In this document: positions 45,092 to 50,708 of the stretch, one piece after another
Numbering within the stretch: the stretch's first letter is position 1
How the letters are laid out: every line of letters begins with the position of its first letter
From: Burkholderiales bacterium
GTDB taxonomy: Bacteria; Pseudomonadota; Gammaproteobacteria; Burkholderiales; SG8-39
DNA length: 50,708 bases
Assembly (NCBI GenBank): GCA_036006885.1
Contig: DASYPG010000162.1
Coordinates: 1 to 50,708 of the forward strand
Reading direction: 5' to 3'
Translations under genes and position numbers: made by a program
The notes under the pieces: generated by a model
What the model saw: only the letters and a program-made list of their open reading frames with translations
Database searches by the model: none
What the model was told of the DNA's origin: nothing

Positions 45092-45590
45092 TCTTCTCGA
45101 GCGCGCCGCGCGCGCACTCTTCGTCGAAATTCCCGCCGGGAGCGCCGCTCACGCCCAGGCCGCCGATCGTCTGGCCGCCCGCGGTGATCGCGACTGCGCC
45201 CTGCGCGTAGGTCACGTTCGGCAGCGGCGTCTGCGGCACCGTGGTGGGCGCGGCCTTCGCCATGCGGTCGGCGATCGCCTTGGTGGTTTCTTCCTTGCGC
45301 GCCAGCCCGAGCGAAGCGATCGTGTAGGCCTTGTAGTACGCGTTGTCCATCGAGTGGATCGGCGCGCCGTCGCCGCGCAGCAGGGCCTGGCGCACGCCGT
45401 CGAGATCGACCACCACGGCGACGACCTTGTAGCCGTTTTTCGCGCAGTTCGCGACCGAGTCGCCGACGAGCTGGTTCGCCAGCTGGGCGGACAGCTTGTG
45501 CGTCGTGACAAGGCCTTGCGCGTTGAGCGCCGGCGCCGCGGCGAACGCGAGAGAGAATGCAACCGCTTGCAGTGCAGAAATGCGAGACAT
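45072..45590 (-). CDS. GlcG/HbpS-like (DUF336) haem-binding-fold protein with a signal peptide (172 aa)
   Basis: Signal-like MSRISALQAVAFSLAFAAAPALNAQG. Motif GGLGVSGAPGG. GGAGGA RBS. The 3' end overlaps the xdhC 3' end by 20 nt. Confidence 0.75.
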   Translation of the reverse strand: MSRISALQAVAFSLAFAAAPALNAQGLVTTHKLSAQLANQLVGDSVANCAKNGYKVVAVVVDLDGVRQALLRGDGAPIHSMDNAYYKAYTIASLGLARKEETTKAIADRMAKAAPTTVPQTPLPNVTYAQGAVAITAGGQTIGGLGVSGAPGGNFDEECARGALEKIKDRMK

Positions 45591-45674
45591 GGGACTCCTC
45601 CGTTGGATGTGGCCGGCTGGGCCGCGGCCACGATAGAGGAAAACCGCGGCGCGCGGAAGTGCTTGAGGCGACCC

Positions 45675-47078
45675 TCAGAGGCGCGGCGCGCGCAGGTGCC
45701 AGTCGGTGACCCGCTGGAACGCGTGCCCCGCGCGCAGCGCGGTCGCTTCGTCGAAGGGCCGGCCAACGAGCTGCAGGCCGATAGGCATCCCGTCGCGGCT
45801 GAAGCCGGCGTTGGCGCACACGGTCGGCAGCCCGAGGTAGCTGCCCGGGCGGGTGAGGCGCGTGATGCGGGCGAGGACCGCGGCGGTGCGCTCGCTCCAG
45901 CCGAGCTCGGTCTCCGCGATGGCGGGGGTCGCAATGCCGAGCACCGGCGCGTGCAGCAGGTCGACCTTGGAGAACACCTGTGCGCAGAATTCGGCGAGCG
46001 CCGCGCCGCGCATGCGCAGGGCGTCGATGTAGGCCGTCGCCGGGATCGCAAGCCCCTGCACCAGGCGCCCGCGCACCTGGTCGGAATAGTCGCCGCCCCG
46101 GGTACGCAGCCACTCTCGGTGGAGCGCGGCCGCCTCGGCCGTGCTGATGAGCACTGCCGCCGCGTTGTAAGCGGCGAAATCCGGCACGTCGACATCGACG
46201 ACGCTCGCGCCGAGCCGGCGAAACGCTTCGAGCGATGCCTCCATGGCGGCGGCGACCTCGGGCTCGCATTCGTCGTAGAAGTGCTGGCGCGGACGACCCA
46301 GGCGAAGCCCTTTTATCGGGTTTTCCAGTTGATTGACCCAGTTTGGAACAGGCCGTGGGTCGCAGGTTGGATCCAGAGGATCGGGACCTGCGATCAGCTG
46401 CCCGATGAGCGCCGCGTCCTCCACCGTTCGAGTGAGCGGACCGACGGTGTCGAGCGAGTGGGAGAGCGGCATCGCGCCAGCGCGGGACACGCGCGCGTAG
46501 GTCGGCTTGATCGCGGAGGTGCCGCACATGGCGGCCGGAAGGCGGATCGAGCCGCCGGTGTCGGAGCCCAGTCCCGCGAAGTTTGTCCGCGCCGCGATCG
46601 AGGCGCCGGTCCCGGATGAAGAGCCGCCGGTGATGCGCTCGGGGTCCCACGGATTGCGGCAGTGGCCGTAATGCCAGTTGTGCCCGGTGGGACCGAGCGC
46701 GAATTCGGTCATGTTGAGCACGCCGAACTGGATCGCGCCCGCGGCATCGAGCCGCTCGAGCGCCGTCGCGGTGGTCGGGGCGGGGCGCTCGCGCAGGATC
46801 CGGGAGCCGCACGACGACGCGACGCCCGCGCGGTAATACATGTCCTTGTGCGCCATCGGGACGCCATGGAGGGGGCCGCGAGCCGGCTCGCGATCGGCGC
46901 GGCGCGCCGCTTCGAGCGCGTGGCTTTCGTCGATGCGCAGGAAGCAGTTTACTTTCGGCTGCACCTGCCGCGCGCGCTCGAGAACCGCCTCCATCGCGGC
47001 CAGCGCGCTGGTGCGCCGCTCGCGGATCGCGGCGGCGAGCTGCGTGCAGGAAAGCGCGAGGATCTCGTCCGGGCTCAT
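45675..47078 (-). CDS. Amidase-signature amidohydrolase, AtzE-like (467 aa)
   Basis: K-cisS-S triad context: GVPMAHKDM, GGSSSGTGA and GSDTGGSIRLPAA. ATGA overlap with the small upstream ORF. Confidence 0.85.
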   Translation of the reverse strand: MSPDEILALSCTQLAAAIRERRTSALAAMEAVLERARQVQPKVNCFLRIDESHALEAARRADREPARGPLHGVPMAHKDMYYRAGVASSCGSRILRERPAPTTATALERLDAAGAIQFGVLNMTEFALGPTGHNWHYGHCRNPWDPERITGGSSSGTGASIAARTNFAGLGSDTGGSIRLPAAMCGTSAIKPTYARVSRAGAMPLSHSLDTVGPLTRTVEDAALIGQLIAGPDPLDPTCDPRPVPNWVNQLENPIKGLRLGRPRQHFYDECEPEVAAAMEASLEAFRRLGASVVDVDVPDFAAYNAAAVLISTAEAAALHREWLRTRGGDYSDQVRGRLVQGLAIPATAYIDALRMRGAALAEFCAQVFSKVDLLHAPVLGIATPAIAETELGWSERTAAVLARITRLTRPGSYLGLPTVCANAGFSRDGMPIGLQLVGRPFDEATALRAGHAFQRVTDWHLRAPRL

Positions 47079-47260
47079 GGCGCCTGGCGCCGCTGCTCTA
47101 GGAGATAGAGGCCAGGCTCGGCTTCGAGCGGCAGCCTGGCAAACGGCTCGGCCGTGGTCTTGAAGATCGAGGCGAGGATGTTACCCGCGGCCTCGACGTG
47201 CGTCGGACTGGGCTGCACGCCGTGCTCCTCGATGAGCGTCTTTGCGAGCGTCGGATTCAT
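47075..47260 (-). CDS. Small (61 aa) AtzG-like / DUF4089-like protein, probable partner subunit of the amidase
   Basis: Start ATG 47260 (MNPTLAKTLIEEHG...). ATGA overlaps on both sides. The size, position and ...FARLPLEAEPGLY pattern resemble AtzG-type partners of AtzE-type amidases. The call rests on recall, not a search. Confidence 0.55.
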   Translation of the reverse strand: MNPTLAKTLIEEHGVQPSPTHVEAAGNILASIFKTTAEPFARLPLEAEPGLYLLEQRRQAP

Positions 47261-48429
47261 TTGAGGTCGGCTCCGGATCGGTACCAGCGCTCGAGCAGCG
47301 CGCGCTCTTCGTCGGTCATGGCGGTGAGGTTCCCCGGCGGCATGGCCTTCGATCGCGCCGCCTGCTGGTAGATTTGCGGCGCGGCCGCGCGCACTCGCTC
47401 GGGAGTATCGAGCTTTACGCCCTTGGGTGCTTCCGCCAAGCCCTGGAAGCTGGGCTTGTCCGCGTGGCAATTCACGCAACGCACTCCGATGATGCCTTGC
47501 ACTTGCGCAAAGGGAACCGGGCCGGCCTCGGGCACCCCTCTCGGCGCGAGGAAAATGGCGCTCGCGACGAAGACGAGCACCCCGAGGGCCCACACCCATG
47601 CCGGCGCGCGGCCCTTGTGGCGCATCACGAACCACACCCGGACCAGGGCGCCCGCGACCGTCATCGCGACGAGCGCGAGCCACGCCGAGCGCGCGCCGAA
47701 CACCGCGGCGTAGTGCCCGGAGATCATGGTGAAGACGACCGGCAGCGTGAAATAGGTGTTGTGCACGCTGCGCTGCTTGCCCAGCACGCCGTCGCGCGCG
47801 TCCGGCTCGCGCCCCGCCTTCATCGCCTCGACCATGCGGCGCTGGCCGGGGATGATGACGTGGGCGACGTTCGCCACCATGATGGTTCCGAGGATCGCGC
47901 CGTAGTGGATGAAGGCGCCACGCCCGCCGAAGATCCGGGTGAGGCCCCAGGCGGCCAGCCCGAGCAGGACCAAGAGGGCAAAACCCAAGGCGAAATCGTT
48001 CCTCGCCAAAGGAGAACGGCACAGGCCTTCATAGATGGCGTACCCGCCGACGATGAAGGCGAGGCCGAGGCCGATCGCCCAAGGCTTGGAGAGCGGCATC
48101 ACCTGCGGGTCGACGAGGTAGAACTCGGCTTGGGCGTAGTACATCAGCGCGAGCAGCGCAATGCCGGTGAACCAGGTCCAGTACGCCTCCCACTTGAACC
48201 AGTGCAGCGTCGCCGGCATGCGCGCCGGCGCGAGCCTGAACTTTTCGGCGCGGTAGAAACCGCCGCCGTGGATCGCCCACAGCTCGCCGGCAATGCGAGG
48301 ATCGCCCGACGGCTCGAGGTGATTGTCGAGCCAGATGAAATAGAGCGACGCCCCGATCCACGCGATGCCGACGATCACATGCGCCCAGCGCAGCGCGAGG
48401 TTCAGCCACTCGAGGGCATAGGCTTCCAC
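47257..48429 (-). CDS. puuD: Membrane-bound urate hydroxylase PuuD (cytochrome c domain at the C-terminus), 390 aa
   Basis: MEAYALEWLNLALRWAHVIVGIAWIGASLYFIWLDNHL, ELWAIHGGGFY and LHWFKWEAYWTW. C-terminal CVNCH haem-c motif. Confidence 0.85.
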   Translation of the reverse strand: MEAYALEWLNLALRWAHVIVGIAWIGASLYFIWLDNHLEPSGDPRIAGELWAIHGGGFYRAEKFRLAPARMPATLHWFKWEAYWTWFTGIALLALMYYAQAEFYLVDPQVMPLSKPWAIGLGLAFIVGGYAIYEGLCRSPLARNDFALGFALLVLLGLAAWGLTRIFGGRGAFIHYGAILGTIMVANVAHVIIPGQRRMVEAMKAGREPDARDGVLGKQRSVHNTYFTLPVVFTMISGHYAAVFGARSAWLALVAMTVAGALVRVWFVMRHKGRAPAWVWALGVLVFVASAIFLAPRGVPEAGPVPFAQVQGIIGVRCVNCHADKPSFQGLAEAPKGVKLDTPERVRAAAPQIYQQAARSKAMPPGNLTAMTDEERALLERWYRSGADLK

Positions 48430-48440
48430 TTATTGGCGCG

Positions 48441-48773
48441 TCAGGCGCCGCCCCGAAAGCAGGAGTAGCCCCACGGCGTGCACTTGAACGGCAAATGGTA
48501 ATGCTGGTCCGGATTGGAAACGCCAAAGCGGTAGGTCACGACTTCGAGAAAGGGGACTTGGGGCAGGTCGACCCGCTGACTGCGATACCAGTCGGCGACG
48601 TGGAAGACCGCCTCGTAGAAACCGGGGGCTACCCGCTGGCTCACGTCCAGTGTCCCTTTGTCCGACGTCTCGCCGCCAGCGACCAGCCGGCCAGCGTGCC
48701 GAAGCTCGACGCGCATGCCCGCGGCGACGACACCCCGCGAGACGTCGACTACATGGATGGACACCCCCGGCAT
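48441..48773 (-). CDS. Transthyretin-like protein, divergent HIU-hydrolase paralog with a non-canonical C-terminus (110 aa)
   Basis: Start ATG 48773 (MPGVSIHVVDVSRG). HYHLPF is kept, but the protein ends CFRGGA instead of the YRGS tetrapeptide. Confidence 0.7.
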   Translation of the reverse strand: MPGVSIHVVDVSRGVVAAGMRVELRHAGRLVAGGETSDKGTLDVSQRVAPGFYEAVFHVADWYRSQRVDLPQVPFLEVVTYRFGVSNPDQHYHLPFKCTPWGYSCFRGGA

Positions 48774-49732
48774 CAATTCAGCTTCGCGCCTGAGTCCTTG
48801 ACCGGCTGATACCAGTCTTTGACCTGCGCCGCGACGAAAGCGGTGAACTGCTCCGGCGTCATGTCGCGGCTCTGGACGCCGAGCTCGGCGAGGCGCTGCG
48901 CGACCTTCGGATCCGCGAGCGCCTTCTTGTTGGCCGCGTTGATGCGCGCGACGACCTCGCGCGGCAGTCCGGCGGGTCCGGAAATACCGAGGAAGTTCTC
49001 CGCCACCAGCTTCCTCTGGCCGAGCTCCTGCACGCTCGGCACGTCGGGCGCCATCGGAGCGCGCGCGGGCGAGGTGACGGCAATGGCGCGAAGCTTCCCG
49101 TCCTTGATGAACGGGACGTTCTGCGGCAGCGTGTCGATGGCGAGCTTGATCGTGCCCGACAGGAGATCGTTGTGCATGGGCGAGGAGCCCTTGTAGCCGA
49201 CGTGCTCCATGCGCAGGCCGTAGTCCTTCTTCATCGTCTCGCCCACCAGGTGGCCGATCGAGCCGATCCCGCCCGAGCCGTAGTTCACCGGGTTCTTCTG
49301 CGCCTTGATCCACGCGATGAGCTCCGCCATGTTCTTCGCCGGGACCGAGGGATGGATCACGAACACGTTCGCCACCGAGCCGATATAGGCGGCGTGGGTG
49401 AAGGCCTTGACCGGGTCGTAGCGCGGCTCGTCCTGCATCGCCGGCGAGATGCTGATCGGCGCGCTGTTCGAAAGGAGCAGCGTATAGCCGTCGGGCTCGG
49501 CGCGCGCCGCTTCGTTCGCCCCGATGGTGCCGCCGGCGCCGGGCTTGTTGTCCACGATGATGCTCTGGCCGAGCTCGGTCTGCAGCGGAATCGCGATCAG
49601 GCGCGCCACGATGTCGGACGAGCCGCCGGGCGCGAACGTTACGATCACGCGCAGCGGCTTGGTGGGCCAGCTTTGCGCCGTCACGTTCGTCGACGCGGCA
49701 AGAGCAAGGACGATGATGCTGAGAAATTTCAT
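48773..49732 (-). CDS. Bug-family (TctC-like) substrate-binding protein
   Basis: Signal peptide; RVIVTFAPGGSSDIVAR...DNKPGAGGTIG. Confidence 0.9.
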   Translation of the reverse strand: MKFLSIIVLALAASTNVTAQSWPTKPLRVIVTFAPGGSSDIVARLIAIPLQTELGQSIIVDNKPGAGGTIGANEAARAEPDGYTLLLSNSAPISISPAMQDEPRYDPVKAFTHAAYIGSVANVFVIHPSVPAKNMAELIAWIKAQKNPVNYGSGGIGSIGHLVGETMKKDYGLRMEHVGYKGSSPMHNDLLSGTIKLAIDTLPQNVPFIKDGKLRAIAVTSPARAPMAPDVPSVQELGQRKLVAENFLGISGPAGLPREVVARINAANKKALADPKVAQRLAELGVQSRDMTPEQFTAFVAAQVKDWYQPVKDSGAKLN

Positions 49733-49735
49733 TTT

Positions 49736-50068
49736 TTAGCTCCCTCTATAGATCGTATAGCCCCAAGGCGAACACAGCAGCGGCACGTGATAGTGCGCCG
49801 CTGCGTCCGCGATCGTGAACCGGATCGGCACTACGTCGAGGAACCCCTGGCCGGCGAAGTACGCACCGACGTGGAACACGAGCTGATAGGTTCCGGTGCG
49901 AAAGCTGGCTGCGTCCAGGAGAGGCGCGTCGGTGCGCCCATCGCGGTTCGTCGTCGCCTTCGCAACAAGCGTGCCAATTTCGTTTTCGAGACGATAGAGC
50001 TCAACCGCGATGCCGGCGCCGGGCTTGCCGCGCGCGGTGTCCAGCACGTGGGTGGTGAGCCTACCCAT
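49736..50068 (-). CDS. uraH: 5-hydroxyisourate hydrolase (110 aa)
   Basis: HVLDTARG and [19 protein letters not shown], with the canonical C-terminal YRGS. Confidence 0.9.
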   Translation of the reverse strand: MGRLTTHVLDTARGKPGAGIAVELYRLENEIGTLVAKATTNRDGRTDAPLLDAASFRTGTYQLVFHVGAYFAGQGFLDVVPIRFTIADAAAHYHVPLLCSPWGYTIYRGS

Positions 50069-50582
50069 TGACGATCTTTTCCAGCCGGCCGCGCGTGATA
50101 TGGCCGATCTGCTCGAGCGCAGCCTTGAGCTCGGAGCTCGAATCGTTCAGGGCTCGACGCTCCATTTCAGTCACTACACTTGCACGAGTTGAGTGCAAAC
50201 GCAGCGCCACGATGCACGGAAAGCCGTGCCGCTCGCGGTAGCGCCGGTTCAGCCTTTGCATGGCCTCAACCTCGTCTCGGGTCAATTGAAGAAAACCAAG
50301 CCGGCCCTGCTCGCTCGACGAATCCACTGTCAGCGCGCCCTGCTTCGCTTCCTTGCCCGCCAGTTCGGGATGCGCGCGCACCAGGGCGAGCTGCTCTTCC
50401 CTCTTCGCTTCGGCGACGGCCTGCATCATCGCCGCGTGAAGCGCGTCGAGCGAGCCGAAAGGCTTCTTCTGCCAGGCGCGCCGCGCCACCCACGGCGAGT
50501 GCTCGAACACGCCGCCGAATCGCTCCACGAACTCGCGTTCCCCCAGCGCATTCACTGCGGCGAGCACCGCGGCGAGCTCCAC
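50061..50582 (-). CDS. uraD: 2-oxo-4-hydroxy-4-carboxy-5-ureidoimidazoline (OHCU) decarboxylase
   Basis: [23 protein letters not shown] and [16 protein letters not shown] 50582 is preferred as the start because ATG 50645 and ATG 50642 would overlap the divergent gene. Confidence 0.8.
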   Translation of the reverse strand: MELAAVLAAVNALGEREFVERFGGVFEHSPWVARRAWQKKPFGSLDALHAAMMQAVAEAKREEQLALVRAHPELAGKEAKQGALTVDSSSEQGRLGFLQLTRDEVEAMQRLNRRYRERHGFPCIVALRLHSTRASVVTEMERRALNDSSSELKAALEQIGHITRGRLEKIVNG

Positions 50583-50589
50583 GCACGCT

Positions 50590-50599
50590 AGTGTACACT
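50590..50599. promoter_or_regulatory. Perfect 10-bp palindrome AGTGTACACT centred in the 25-bp gap between the divergent uraD and amidohydrolase genes
   Basis: The sequence is its own reverse complement. It has a GT-N-AC core of the kind used by GntR-type operators. Confidence 0.4.
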
Positions 50600-50607
50600 C
50601 GAGCGAA

Positions 50608-50708
50608 ATGGCAGAAGCGCCGCGGGTCGAAGCGTCTCGCATCATGCAGCGCTGCGATGCGCTGGCGCGGCATTCGGAGCTGCCTGGAGGACTGACCCGC
50701 GTCTTTCT
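50608..50708 (+). CDS. 5' end of an M20-family Zn hydrolase, allantoate amidohydrolase / N-carbamoyl-amino-acid hydrolase-like (3' end outside window)
   Basis: MAEAPRVEASRIMQRCDALARHSELPGGLTRVF matches the typical N-terminus of this family (…RCDxLxxxSExPGxLTRvfLs). Only 33 codons are visible. Confidence 0.5.
   Translation, partial: MAEAPRVEASRIMQRCDALARHSELPGGLTRVF

Noticed and set aside
45640-45656. A short hairpin (CCGCG-CGC-CGCGG) plus a U4 tract downstream of the amidase gene on the minus strand.
   Set aside because: It has a 5-bp stem with a 3-nt loop and only four U, so it is marginal. I did not list it as a feature.
45675-47260. A complete cyanuric acid / s-triazine pathway, suggested by the AtzE/AtzG-like pair, TRZ/ATZ amidohydrolases and a BiuH-like isochorismatase.
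   Set aside because: I recognise no cyanuric acid hydrolase or barbiturase (AtzD/TrzD fold), AtzH-like NTF2 protein or allophanate hydrolase in the window. The resemblance is at family level only.

Overview
This is a 50.7-kb chromosomal segment that looks very GC-rich (roughly two-thirds G+C by eye, not computed). It is gene-dense, with about 50 protein genes. I recognised no rRNA, tRNA, CRISPR array, transposase or integrase. Orphan Bug/TctC-type binding proteins and the codon bias suggest a Burkholderiales-like betaproteobacterium; this is inference only.

Content, left to right:
(i) 1-2331: the tail of a Liv-type ABC importer.
(ii) 2335-12378: a LysR / COG0523 GTPase / hydantoinase unit. 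It is divergent from a six-gene operon: an isochorismatase-like pair, an AcnA-type aconitase, an isocitrate-lyase-family lyase, a signal-less NMT1/THI5-fold protein and a 2OG-Fe(II) oxygenase.
(iii) 12375-18859: LysR plus two RidA paralogs; a di-haem DUF1111 protein; and an unknown His-rich membrane protein coupled to a beta-hydroxyacid dehydrogenase and a Bug SBP.
(iv) 18886-23409: an operon of 2OG oxygenase / twin periplasmic SBPs / TRZ-ATZ amidohydrolase.
(v) 23513-34396: an orphan CoxL-type molybdopterin subunit and a third SBP. These are followed by an ABC ATPase and permease running into UbiD / amidohydrolase / two tandem PF04909-type amidohydrolases / UbiD.
(vi) 34393-40623: an operon of GntR / TIM-barrel / CoxM-S-L-type molybdenum hydroxylase / COG0523.
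(vii) 40707-45091: xdhABC.
(viii) 45675-50582: a long urate operon (uraD, uraH, Bug SBP, transthyretin-like paralog, puuD, AtzG-like, AtzE-like amidase). It is followed by the 5' end of an allantoate-amidohydrolase-like gene.

Overall this is a nitrogen-heterocycle catabolic island. The xanthine-to-allantoin route is recognisable. The most novel-looking part is the transporter-linked UbiD/amidohydrolase block together with its satellite oxygenase, SBP and molybdoenzyme operons; I know of no characterised pathway matching it. All family calls come from motif recognition by eye. No database search was possible.
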